Below, one piece after another: positions 20,716 to 30,812 of a DNA stretch of 64,000 nucleotides. Origin of the DNA: an uncultured Chloroflexia bacterium (lineage in GTDB: Bacteria; Chloroflexota; Dehalococcoidia; GIF9; UBA5629); NCBI GenBank assembly GCA_963775935.1, contig CAVZKR010000002.1:16929-80928 (forward strand). Direction: 5' to 3'. Each line of letters starts with the position of its first letter. The stretch's first letter is position 1. Under the pieces are notes generated by a model. The model ran no database searches. It had not been told where the DNA came from and saw only the letters and a list, made by a program, of their open reading frames with translations. The position numbers and the translations under genes were made by a program.

Positions 20716-20770
20716 TCGTCGATACTACCAGATGCAATAGTTGTCACAATTGCCAGATCGACTGTAAGTA
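20700..20770 (+). pseudogene. Remnant of a PHT beta (Fe-S) subunit gene: first ~25 codons only, start codon lost
   Basis: The frame overlapping the alpha2 stop encodes …TKALVVDTTRCNSCHNCQIDCK…, which matches the N-terminus MKALVIDITRCNGCHNCQIACK of the intact beta at 49950..50768. ACG replaces ATG. The nucleotide alignment to the cluster II alpha-stop/beta-start junction is clear and ends where the 3' end of hyuB begins. Confidence 0.5.
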
Positions 20771-20794
20771 CGCAGGCAATAGGTGTCCTCCATT

Positions 20795-22558
20795 TTATCG
20801 ATGCTTGGCCCTGAGGCTTTGTGTCGCATTATAATCGATTTCAAGCCTATCAGGGTCCAAAACAACTTTATAAATATCCCGTGCCTGCTCTATTGAGACA
20901 AACTCCTTGATCACATCTTCCCTGACCTTTTCGGGGTCTCGCTCAATTGGATTACCGACTCCAGCCCCACCACTACAGATCTTAGTCAAAATATCTCCGG
21001 GAAATAGAGGGTATATCCTACCAGCTCTGTAAGGAATTTGCTCTTTCCCACGGGTGACATAGCATCGATTGAATGGTGTGGGATGCCCGCCCAGTTCCCC
21101 AGCGCCCTGTGTAGTCTCTCCCTGAGAATTCCCCATGGATATCATTGCTTCGCCACTCTCGTTTGCGATTTCCCAATACACCCCAGGCGAACCACGCCAC
21201 TTTCCAGCCCCACATAAATCCGGAGCAAATTCATACCGCCGGTAAAACCAGGGGAATCTTATTTCCTCTTCCTCTATGTCCGATTTGGCGGCGCTGCCTA
21301 ACGTAGTGATGCTCTCGCCGTTCTGGTAGCCATCGTATCCGTACACTGCGCCAGGACCGCCATCCATATTAAACGTAACATAGATATAAAATTTGTTTGA
21401 CCTGGAATCATTCCCAAAAATAAAATTAGAATAATGTCTGCCCCAGGCAGCTATCGCCTTCTTTGGTACGGCTTTTGATAGTGCCATTATTATCGCTTCA
21501 CAAATTTGAGTACCCACACTGACAGGGCACGCTCCTAATGTAGCGGGATATCTGGGATTTGTCACCGAACCCTCCGGAGCAATCACGGTAAAAGGCTGCA
21601 TGCTACCCCAGTTGTGATACTCGCTGAGCGTGGGGTCGCCGTAGAGGAAGCAAAAAGCCATGGAAAGACTATAAGTATTCGCAAAAGAGCTGTTGACAAA
21701 ACCCTTGGTCTGCGCATCGCTCTTTGACCAGTCCAGAGTTATACTATCGCCTTTTTTTATCAGATTCAGCCTGACCCAGACAGGGACATCCAGCACAGAG
21801 CCATCGTGATCTTGAGCCGCTTCCCCATAATACGTGCCGTCAGGTATCTCCCTTATCGCCGCCCGCATGCCCGTTTCGGTGCGCTTAAACATCTCTTCGA
21901 TGCAGGCAAACACAACATCCTTGCCATACTTGTCGAGCAGCTCGACAATCCTATTTTCGGATATTTTAGAAGAAGACATAAGGGCATAGTTATCAACACG
22001 CACCCCATCAGGATTGCGCGTGTTGCTCCAGATAAGCCGCATAAGTTCGGTATTTTCTTGACCTCTTTCTATCACCTTAATCGGCGGTATCTGGAGTCCC
22101 TCGGCAATGATGTCATAAGCGCCAGGGAAGTAGCCACCAGGATAGGCGCCTCCAGTATCAATCTGATGAGACCGGGACAGGGTCATGAACAGCAGTTCGC
22201 CCTTGTAGAAAATCGGTCGCATAAAGCCCCAGTCAGGCAGATGCAGAGCCCCGCCATGGTAAGGGTCATTGGTCAGAAAGAGGTCGCCGGGGTAGATTCG
22301 CCCCTTGTACATGTCCAGAATGAGCTTTATCCCGAAGCCACCGGCGATGAACTGACCCGGTAAACCCTCCGGGATGGCTATGGCCCGGCCTTGGGTATCC
22401 CATATCCCTACGGAAACATCGTGAAGTTTTGCCGTCAGGAAATTTGGCGAGGTTCGAAACATGAACTCGCGCATCTCCTTGCAAGTTCTATTAAAATAAT
22501 TCCATACTGTAGCCAGTGTAATCGGGTCCACCTGTGTTACCTTTGCAGCCTTTGCCAT
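20795..22558 (-). CDS. Hydantoinase B / oxoprolinase family protein (HyuB; acetone-carboxylase-alpha-like)
   Basis: 587 aa. Blocks …DVSVGIWDTQGRAIAIPEG… and …YPGDLFLTNDPYHGGALHLPDW… are typical of the HyuB / 5-oxoprolinase B family. Translationally coupled to the upstream hyuA. Confidence 0.85.
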   Translation of the reverse strand: MAKAAKVTQVDPITLATVWNYFNRTCKEMREFMFRTSPNFLTAKLHDVSVGIWDTQGRAIAIPEGLPGQFIAGGFGIKLILDMYKGRIYPGDLFLTNDPYHGGALHLPDWGFMRPIFYKGELLFMTLSRSHQIDTGGAYPGGYFPGAYDIIAEGLQIPPIKVIERGQENTELMRLIWSNTRNPDGVRVDNYALMSSSKISENRIVELLDKYGKDVVFACIEEMFKRTETGMRAAIREIPDGTYYGEAAQDHDGSVLDVPVWVRLNLIKKGDSITLDWSKSDAQTKGFVNSSFANTYSLSMAFCFLYGDPTLSEYHNWGSMQPFTVIAPEGSVTNPRYPATLGACPVSVGTQICEAIIMALSKAVPKKAIAAWGRHYSNFIFGNDSRSNKFYIYVTFNMDGGPGAVYGYDGYQNGESITTLGSAAKSDIEEEEIRFPWFYRRYEFAPDLCGAGKWRGSPGVYWEIANESGEAMISMGNSQGETTQGAGELGGHPTPFNRCYVTRGKEQIPYRAGRIYPLFPGDILTKICSGGAGVGNPIERDPEKVREDVIKEFVSIEQARDIYKVVLDPDRLEIDYNATQSLRAKHR

Positions 22559-22560
22559 TT

Positions 22561-24627
22561 CTACGTCCTCCTGATAATATAGTTACCACAGTTGTCCACA
22601 CGGCAACCCCATGACTTTGGAATAACTGCGGTGGTGGTCGGCACCTCAATTATGGCCGGCCCCGCGATGAAGTTACCTGCTTTTAGCTTCTCACTATCGT
22701 ATACCGGTGTCTTAATAAACTTACCATTGAAGAAGCATGACCTCTGACGCTTTAGCGCCTTTGATGGGTCTTTCGTTCCGGTGGGCAGTTTTTTAACCGT
22801 TATCTGTGCCTTCTTCTTGACCTTGGCTATTATGCGGAGGCTGCGAAGCTCTACATCATAGAACCGCAGAGAGAAGGTGTATAGCTCTTCATGCCTCTTA
22901 TGGAAAGCCTCCACCACTTTCTTGAAATCCGCAGAGGTCAGTTTCTTGTCAGGAATACTCCCCACTTCAACGTCATGGAACTGAGACCTATACCGGAACT
23001 CCATGGACTTAATGATTTCTACGTCCGCCCGGCCTGCCCCAAATGCTTTGAACTCCGATATAGCCTGTTTTATCATGTCTTGATATAACTGGTTGACGGC
23101 ATCAATATTAACCGCCTCAACCGGGGCAATATACGAACGAAGATAGTCCCGACCGACGTCGAGGGTGAACATACTCCAGGCACAGAACGAGGAGGCAAAT
23201 GGGGGAATAATTACTTCAGGGATACCGAGCGCTTCTGCCAGAAAAGCGGCATGGGTGGGACCCGCACCACCAAAGGCGAACAGAGTGAAATCCCTGACAT
23301 CATGACCATTCTTAGTGGTAACCACAGAGATGGCATCTGCCATATTGGAATTCACCACAGAGAACATGGCGTGCGCCGCCTGCTCTAAGGACATGTGTAA
23401 CCTGTCAGCCACTTTGCCCACTGCGGCTTTAGCCAAATCCATATCAAGTGGAACTCTTCCCCCTAGGAAGTAATCGGCCGGGATGTAACCTAAAATAAGA
23501 TCGGCATCGGTGACTGCGGCTCCCTTTCCTCCCTTGTCGTAACAGGCTGGGCCAGGGTCGGCGGCAACGCTCTTGGGGCCAACTCGCAGTAAACCCATAG
23601 AATCAAACCAGGCGAGGCTTCCACCCCCGGCACCCAGGGTAGTGATGTCCACCATCTTAATCGCCACCATCTCCTCGTCGACCCATCGGCTGTGGCTAAG
23701 GTTAATTACCCCGTCCTTTACGAAGCCAATATCGAGGCTCGTGCCACCCATATCTATAGTGACGAAGCTTTGCCTATCTATAAGCTTACCTAAGTAAACT
23801 GAGCCTGATGGTCCGGAAGCCGGCCCTGAGTTTATTAGATACACAGGCTTTTTAATCGCTTCGGACACTGACTGTACTAAAGCATCAGCTTGCATTATTA
23901 ATAACTGACCTTTGAAGTTTAACTGTTTTAACCTTTCTCCAAGGGTAGTAAAATAGCTGCTTACAATCGGACCTATATAGGCATTAAGGATAGTGGTACT
24001 TGCCCGGGCAAACTCACCCACAACAGGCATAACATCGCAAGAAGTGCAGATGTATGCCCCTTTAAGTTCCTGTCTGCATATCTCGGCAGCCTTTCTTTCA
24101 TTCTCAGGGTTAGCATATGAATGAAGGAAGCATATTGCTACCGCTCCCACCCTTTCCTCTTTTAATTTTTTGATTACATCTCTTAGTTCTCTTTCATTTA
24201 AAGTCGTACTTATCTCGCCGGTATAACGGGTTCTTTCCGCAACCGTAAATCTTAGCGGCCGGGGCACCAGTGGCTCATAGGGCGGAATGAACATATTGTA
24301 CATGGATGTTTTAATATTTTTAAGTCCCATCCGCATCTCAACAATGTCTCTGAACCCCTTGGTGGTGATTAGGGCCGTCTTAGTTCCCGATCTGGTGAGA
24401 AAGGCATTGAGTGCTACCGTCGTGCCATGTATTACCGTCCGGGTTTCACCAAGAAATTGCGGAATCGTTAGCTTATAATGAGCCGCTGCTCTCTCAAAGT
24501 TGTTTATTAACCCTGCTGACAAATCTGAAGGAGTAGTGGCAACCTTGGATTCAAATAAATTACCTTCCTCATCTAGGACGACACTATCGGTAAAAGTACC
24601 TCCTATGTCAATGCATACTTTAAACAT
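22561..24627 (-). CDS. Hydantoinase A / oxoprolinase family protein (HyuA)
   Basis: 688 aa. The N-terminus MFKVCIDIGGTFTDSVVLDE… is the actin-like ATPase start of the HyuA family. Confidence 0.85.
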   Translation of the reverse strand: MFKVCIDIGGTFTDSVVLDEEGNLFESKVATTPSDLSAGLINNFERAAAHYKLTIPQFLGETRTVIHGTTVALNAFLTRSGTKTALITTKGFRDIVEMRMGLKNIKTSMYNMFIPPYEPLVPRPLRFTVAERTRYTGEISTTLNERELRDVIKKLKEERVGAVAICFLHSYANPENERKAAEICRQELKGAYICTSCDVMPVVGEFARASTTILNAYIGPIVSSYFTTLGERLKQLNFKGQLLIMQADALVQSVSEAIKKPVYLINSGPASGPSGSVYLGKLIDRQSFVTIDMGGTSLDIGFVKDGVINLSHSRWVDEEMVAIKMVDITTLGAGGGSLAWFDSMGLLRVGPKSVAADPGPACYDKGGKGAAVTDADLILGYIPADYFLGGRVPLDMDLAKAAVGKVADRLHMSLEQAAHAMFSVVNSNMADAISVVTTKNGHDVRDFTLFAFGGAGPTHAAFLAEALGIPEVIIPPFASSFCAWSMFTLDVGRDYLRSYIAPVEAVNIDAVNQLYQDMIKQAISEFKAFGAGRADVEIIKSMEFRYRSQFHDVEVGSIPDKKLTSADFKKVVEAFHKRHEELYTFSLRFYDVELRSLRIIAKVKKKAQITVKKLPTGTKDPSKALKRQRSCFFNGKFIKTPVYDSEKLKAGNFIAGPAIIEVPTTTAVIPKSWGCRVDNCGNYIIRRT

Positions 24628-24685
24628 GTATATCTCCTTTCCAGAAAAATTGTCTCATATCGCACGCTTTAATAAGCGTATTCTT

Positions 24686-25366
24686 TTAAGCGGGCAGATA
24701 CCAGACTGACGGCTCTGTTCCGAGTTCTTCCAGTAGCCTATATCCTTTTCTTTCTCTAATTAACCTAGAAACCTCACTACCAGGCTCGTCTAAATCGCCG
24801 AAGGTTCTTGCCACCGTAGGGCAATTGATCACACATATGGGAGTTGCCTCTGGGTCTAACCCAGGTTTCAAGCCCATTGACATGCCACTGTTGATTCTAT
24901 CCATGCAGAATGTGCATTTGGTAGTTGTGCCAACTTTGAATCTCTGGTACTCTGCCCGTAATTCATACGGAAACTTATCGCGAAGCGTCGGCTCAGCATA
25001 ATAGCTTTTTTCCTCTTTATACTGAGTTCTTGCTTTATATGGACAAGCTACCACGCAGTATCCGCAACCTATACATTTGCTATAATCAACGTATACTATA
25101 CCGTCCTCCCTCTGAATAGATGCTCCTGTGGGACATACTTCTACACAAGACGGTTTCTCACAGTGCATGCAAGGTACAACTAGAAATCTTCTCGTGACTG
25201 AAGGATACTCCCCAATTTCATAGTCATATAGTTTGTTCCAAAAAATACCGGGGGGCGTGAAGTTTTCTAGCTTACAAGTCATGACGCATGCCATACAACC
25301 GATGCATCTTTTTAAATCGATAGCCATGCCCCATCTCGTTTTTGTTTTTAAAGTCTTCTCAGCCAT
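24686..25366 (-). CDS. 4Fe-4S ferredoxin-type subunit of a molybdopterin oxidoreductase (DmsB/PsrB-like)
   Basis: 226 aa with four Cys clusters (CIGCMACVMTC, CMHCEKPSCVEVCP, CIGCGYCVVACP, CTFCMDR…CP). Confidence 0.8.
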   Translation of the reverse strand: MAEKTLKTKTRWGMAIDLKRCIGCMACVMTCKLENFTPPGIFWNKLYDYEIGEYPSVTRRFLVVPCMHCEKPSCVEVCPTGASIQREDGIVYVDYSKCIGCGYCVVACPYKARTQYKEEKSYYAEPTLRDKFPYELRAEYQRFKVGTTTKCTFCMDRINSGMSMGLKPGLDPEATPICVINCPTVARTFGDLDEPGSEVSRLIRERKGYRLLEELGTEPSVWYLPA

Positions 25367-25444
25367 GATTCACTCCCCTTGTTTAATCGTTTTTCCTGCT
25401 TTTATATTACTGTCTGCAGTTATGCTCGGATTTCAGCACAGGCT

Positions 25445-28210
25445 CTAGGCTCTATAAACCTTCACTTTTATCTTGTCGTTAACCGAGCCCCCTATGGAAA
25501 GAGTTTCTAATAGGCTTGGCTCTATCTCGTTCGGGTTAGGGATACCTAAATCCTTAGCTACTGGCATTTTCCAGTGGCCATACATTTGAGTTGTTAAGAC
25601 GACGTCCGGTCTAATACCCTGGCGTAAAATAACCTTGCCCTTTATTTTCCTGTAAGGCGACTCAATCCAGATTTCATCTCCTTCTTTGATTCCGAGCCGC
25701 TCGGCTGCTTTCTTGTTCATTTGGACCGCATTGTGGCCCATTATTTGCTTTGTCAACTCATGTACCTGAGGAAGACTCATGGTTAAGCCCCAGGGCTGCT
25801 GCCCGCTCCTGGTAGAAAGTACCCAGAATGGATAATCCTCCGCCTTTTTACCGTAAACTTCGAGGTATTACTTTGTCCCAGACGTCACCGACAATTTCAC
25901 AAGGAGGCAGGAAATCCGTCTCACCAATTTGCTCATCCCACCAGAAGATATTCCGTTCGTGTAACCTTCTCCTCAATTCCTCGTGGATTTTTTTGAGCCT
26001 CTCCTGATAAGGTAGCTCAAATCTCATCCCCTTCTTCTTAAATAGCGGGTACAGAAACCAGGGACGTATTTGCATTCCTGGCGCCTTTCCCGCTGGGTAG
26101 ATGTCGTCCTGAGGCATGGGGCCAGAAATAGCCACCCGTTTGCTTGAAGTCTTCCAATGAGAGGCTAACTTTGCCTCCGCTAAACTTCTCCGACATAGCT
26201 CTGGCAACACGATCATAAATTTCCTCGGCGCTATATTTTTTATTGAGTTCCAACTCGCACGGTGTACCACCAAGTTCAAAGCCCAGCCAATTACCCTCAT
26301 TGATGAAGGCATTATACTCGGCCAGCATTTTGGTTCTGTCGGCTATCTCCGTCATGATGTCGGTCATATTCATAGTGTTATACAGTCTCTTAACAATGGG
26401 CTGTTTAATCGCGATCCCTGCTTGCTCCCAGTAGACATCGTGGTCCTTTACGCCGCCTGTAGGATACAGCTGGAGTGACTCAAAATCGCAGTCCTCTGGC
26501 AGGAGAAGGTCGGCATACCAGGCAGTTTCATCCATGGTATGAACAAAGCTGACCATGAAAGGAATCATCTTAAGCACTTCCTCAACTACGGGGGTATCAT
26601 GTTGAGATATCGGCAGATTGGACTTGTAGGTGATAAATACATCCGGCGGCGATGCTTTAGGCCAGTTAGGAAACCCTTTAATAATGTTCACGTAGGACAT
26701 ATGCAACGGCCCGTAGAAAGTAGCCGTCATTGGGCATAGCCCGGTACCGCAGTCACGCCTGCCCGTTATTTGCTGGTATTCCTCCTTGGACGTGGGATTG
26801 AAGGGGTATTGGGCAAATCCCTCGAGCGTTTTTGGCTCGGCTGGACCCGAGAAATGAATCCTGGCGCCAACAAGCCCCCCGGGCACTTCAAAAGCACCAA
26901 GTAACGTCAGGAAGGTTGAAGCTCCCCAAACTGCCGGCACTGAACCCCTGCCTGCGTTGACACCCTTGCCCAACTGTATGCACACCGGCCGCAGTGGCAT
27001 TTCCCAACCGAACATGTTGATTCTGCGGTTGCTGGCAGCGTCAGCTGTTTTTACCATGTCATCAGCTATTCTGCGGATAGTCTCGGCCGGGACATCGCAG
27101 ATTTCACTGGCCCATTCTGGCGTATTATTCTTGACATGGTCAGCTAAATGCTGAAATACAGGCTTAACCTTAACATCGGTAAACTCCACTGTCTCTTCAT
27201 CAGGACCTATGCTGATGCCGCTAACCGTGTATTCTCCGTCAAGGGCAAAGTCCTTTATATCCTCGTCATCCCACAGCTTTGCTTTATTGTCTACCGGGTC
27301 CCAGATCAGGGGCTTTTTGGTCAGCCGGGTCTCGGATATAATAGCCGTTGGGGGCAACCAGATAAGGGTTATTTGTCATTTGTTTAAGATAAGCCACGTC
27401 ACAGGCTTGCCTCCAGTTCAGCTCATGTAAAACGTGATGGAGCATGGCGTAGAGAAATGCCGCGTCTGTCCCCGGCTTAATCGGTACCCACTCATTGGCT
27501 ACTGCGCCCGTTGTGGTCAGCACCGGCTCGATTTGGATTCTTCTCATCCCTCTAACCCTGGCATCAGCTGTCCTGATAAAGGCGTGAGTTCCAGATGCGA
27601 CCATTTCACTTTTACCAAAGGAAAGTACCAGATTGCAACGCGGCTGATCGGTACCGGTGGTAAATGCTTTGTTCCACAGCTCACCGAAGATATGCTCGGT
27701 ATGATAGCATTTGGTTCCCCCGCCATGCCCCAGTGTATAATCAGCCGGGAATATGCCCAAGGGGAAACCTATGCAGGTTGAATTACCCCCGAATAACACA
27801 GCGTAGGTTCCATTAAAGCTGGGGCAGGTGCCATCAGACCCCTCGCAAGCAGCTATTCTGTAATACCCGTTTTCGTCAAACCAGCCCTTCTCTTTCACCT
27901 CCAGCAGCTTCTTGGCAAAAAGGTCTAAGGCTTCGTCCCAACCGATTTCTACAAATCCAGGGTCTTCTTCTCTGCCCTTCTTAGGGTTAGTTCTCTTCAT
28001 CGGGGCTTTAACCCGATTAGGGTTAAAGTGCCGATGTATCATCTGCATAGCCATAGCACACGGTCTCCAGCCACGTTCTTTAAACGGAGTAAGATAGGAC
28101 AAATCATAGTTTGGCTCCAGATTTACTGGAATTCCGTTCTTGACACGGACCTTTATCACATCAGGTGCGCCGCTGTTGCACATATAGCAATAGGTAGGGA
28201 ACAGCTCCAT
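25445..28210 (-). pseudogene. Molybdopterin oxidoreductase catalytic (alpha) subunit, Psr/Phs/Dms-like, split into four ORFs by at least three frameshifts
   Basis: Four consecutive same-strand ORFs (27284..28210, 26038..27357, 25848..26312, 25445..25780) together encode the N-terminal Cys region, the MGD-binding domains and the C-terminal molybdopterin-dinucleotide-binding domain of one ~950-aa protein. At least one junction (near 27350) coincides with a C5 run. Confidence 0.7.
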
Positions 28211-28464
28211 CCTTCTCTGTTTCTACTCTGGGCTTCGGTTGAGGCGCTATTTCCGAGCCCGTCCGTACTTTAGAGGCCGTCTCTTTTATGGTTACTTCTT
28301 TCTTATCTGTCATTGGCACTATCCCCTTTACCTGTTACTAGTAGCAGAAACTATCATAATATTATTCTGATAAGGTTGGCGCTAAATGATTACGACTACT
28401 AATTTTATCTATTAATCAAGATGTAATTTCAATACGAGTAAAATTAAAGACAAACTTTAAGCTA

Positions 28465-29355
28465 TTACTCAATAAATGAAATAGTTATTCCTGCTCTTAT
28501 AATGCTATACCTTAAGAATAGACCACCAGCTAGTAAAAAAACGCTGTTTATTCCGACTAAGATGCGAAGAACCAGAGCATCGGTCACGAAAATGTTGTAG
28601 ATCAGGAGTACAAGAGGTACTAGAATGCCAACGATTATGACTCCGATGAGGAAGAATGGTGTTTTTAGCAAGCGAACCGACTCTGCGGTGGTGACACTTG
28701 CTTTACGGGCTATTTCAATATAAGCTGCTAATACCAGCAGCAACAATACAATGAGTACTAAATCTCCTATTCCCAACAGGTGAAAACCAGCTATGTCAAA
28801 AGATGTCTTAAAAAAGAGGGCTGTTAGACTGAGCAGAGCTATGCCTGTGTCTAAGCCCGAAACAAAAAAAAGCACTGGTAGGGTGGAGGTATTCCAAAAT
28901 GGGATACCCTTGGCGACACCAAGAAGAAAGCCTGGATATGCGACAACCAGTACTGAGAGTATCGCTGCTGTTATACCGATGCCGAGCCCAGAATTCGTTT
29001 CTGGATTCCAGGGAAGCCACGCGAAGGCGGGGAATGCCGGCAGGGAATACAACAGTCCAAAAGCAATAAAGGCGGTCAAAATCCAGACGCCTTTGGTGAG
29101 CCATGATGCCCCGAACGTTGATGGGGTAATAAACAGTTTGTAAGCTTTATTGGCACTGCCGAGGTCGAGCAGTAAAAATAATGTACCCAGTAAGACAAGT
29201 AAAGGACCTACCAGACTGCCGATCCTGGTTACAGGTTCATACATATCTAGAAGGTCGAATATGAAGCTAAATAGGAAGACTCCTCCACCTAACCCGGCTA
29301 GGAATAAGTACCCTGCTACTGGCCAACCCCATGTCGTTTGTCTTTCTAATGTCAT
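28465..29355 (-). CDS. NrfD/PsrC-family integral membrane subunit (polysulfide-reductase-type membrane anchor)
   Basis: 296 aa, about 8 transmembrane helices. The N-terminus …TWGWPVAGYLFLAGLGGG… is characteristic of NrfD. It sits upstream of the Mo-alpha and Fe-S genes in the same orientation. Confidence 0.7.
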   Translation of the reverse strand: MTLERQTTWGWPVAGYLFLAGLGGGVFLFSFIFDLLDMYEPVTRIGSLVGPLLVLLGTLFLLLDLGSANKAYKLFITPSTFGASWLTKGVWILTAFIAFGLLYSLPAFPAFAWLPWNPETNSGLGIGITAAILSVLVVAYPGFLLGVAKGIPFWNTSTLPVLFFVSGLDTGIALLSLTALFFKTSFDIAGFHLLGIGDLVLIVLLLLVLAAYIEIARKASVTTAESVRLLKTPFFLIGVIIVGILVPLVLLIYNIFVTDALVLRILVGINSVFLLAGGLFLRYSIIRAGITISFIE

Positions 29356-29573
29356 GCAACCTCCAAAAAGATAGCTCTTAGTAATTGTCCAGCAACATAT
29401 GGCAATTCTAACAGGAAAGAGCAGTTTTCCCCTTGATCACTTGTATCAGAATTAATGCGCCGTATCTAAAAGTTTAGTTGTTAAATGCTGTAGTGCCTCA
29501 TAGCCAGGGTGGTAGATTTTCTACCGTTTGAGAGCTCTTACCACCCTGGCATCTGTTCAAATTCCGCTATATT

Positions 29574-30812
29574 TTATTTACCTGGTGGAGGTCCCGCACC
29601 CGGAGGAGGAGCAGGAGGTGGAGCGAAGCCAGCTGGCGGAACATCCTTAAAAGTATAGACGGGAGTCCATAAAAATTTCCCTTCTACCTTGTCATTCTTG
29701 CAAACATAAACATTCCTGATTCTACATCTCGTTCCCTTGTCAAAAACTACGCGACCTTGAACGCCCATAAAGTCCAAGCCTAGGATGGCGTCACGGAGCT
29801 TCGCCGGTGTGGTATCACCCCCGGTAGCCTTCAACGCATTGACAACTATGGTGCCTCCATCATAAGGGGTTGTGTCTGTATCATCCGGTAGATAACCGTA
29901 CTTCTTTTTGAAAATATCGACGAACTTTTTATTTTCCGCGTGGTCAAGCAAGGGCGAATAGGGTGTTACGGTAATTTCACCAAGGCAAGCATCAGCCGCT
30001 GCCGCTGGAAGCGCATGCAAAATGAAGTTTGCATAAAAGGACCCGAAAAATATAGATGTCACGGGCATCCTCTTGCGAACACCAAAGTCATGCACTTGAG
30101 TGAAAAACAGTACAGCATCGGAACCCTCATACCACGCAGCAAGGGCATCGGCATCCTTTAAGACTGTCAGGTAGGGAGCAAAGTCAGTACAGGGGTATGG
30201 CGTAAATTGTTCCTGTACCACCTTGCCACCCTTAGCCTCGAAGGCAGCCTTAAAGGCATCCGCAAAGCCATGGGAATGTATAAGGTCCTCTGTCAGGACA
30301 GTAACCTTCCGTAAACCTCTTTCATAAGCGTAGAGACCCGAGGCAGAGGCAAATTGCTGCTCCGAACCACCACCCGCAATGGACCAAGACATAGGCGGCG
30401 TGAGAATCGGCCAACTGGCTGGACTCGTATTGAGGTGAGGCAACCCCACTTTTGACATATACTCCGCTATCGCAATTTTAAGATTACCCATGATTGGCCC
30501 GAGTATTATTGACACCTTATCGTTTTCTACCATTTTTCTGGCTGTGTCCATAGCCATAGCGACCTGGGATCCATCGTCGCCCTGAATAACCTGTATCTTC
30601 CTACCGGCAACTGCATAGCCAGCATGCTCGAACGCCAGTTTGTTGGCTTCTAGCATTCTGGCACCAGTCATAGCCATGCCACCAGTTAGAGGATACAGCA
30701 GTCCGATCTTTATAGGTTCCTTTCCTGGTGCCACTGCCGGTGCCGCACAAGCACCAAAAATTAAGCCAGATACCAGTACGATCGACAATAGAATTAAAAA
30801 CAACCTTTTCAT
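29574..30812 (-). CDS. ABC transporter substrate-binding protein (branched-chain amino acid / LivK-like family), lipoprotein with a Pro-rich C-terminal tail
   Basis: Lipoprotein-type signal (…LVSGLIFGAC), a periplasmic-binding-protein type I fold, and the C-terminus …PPAGFAPPPAPPPGAGPPPGK. Confidence 0.8.
   Translation of the reverse strand: MKRLFLILLSIVLVSGLIFGACAAPAVAPGKEPIKIGLLYPLTGGMAMTGARMLEANKLAFEHAGYAVAGRKIQVIQGDDGSQVAMAMDTARKMVENDKVSIILGPIMGNLKIAIAEYMSKVGLPHLNTSPASWPILTPPMSWSIAGGGSEQQFASASGLYAYERGLRKVTVLTEDLIHSHGFADAFKAAFEAKGGKVVQEQFTPYPCTDFAPYLTVLKDADALAAWYEGSDAVLFFTQVHDFGVRKRMPVTSIFFGSFYANFILHALPAAAADACLGEITVTPYSPLLDHAENKKFVDIFKKKYGYLPDDTDTTPYDGGTIVVNALKATGGDTTPAKLRDAILGLDFMGVQGRVVFDKGTRCRIRNVYVCKNDKVEGKFLWTPVYTFKDVPPAGFAPPPAPPPGAGPPPGK

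Noticed and set aside
28211-28320. Upstream ORF (MTDKKEVTIKETASKV…) considered as a possible Tat signal-peptide extension of the Mo-alpha subunit.
   Set aside because: It is in a different frame from the alpha N-terminus (MELFPTYCYMC…) and has no RRxFLK twin-arginine motif. It is treated as a non-coding leader.
29503-29548. An 11-bp-stem hairpin (CCAGGGTGGTA…TACCACCCTGG) downstream of the SBP gene was considered as an intrinsic terminator.
   Set aside because: No T-run follows the hairpin on the relevant minus strand, nor on the plus strand. It may still pause or terminate transcription but is not a classical Rho-independent terminator.
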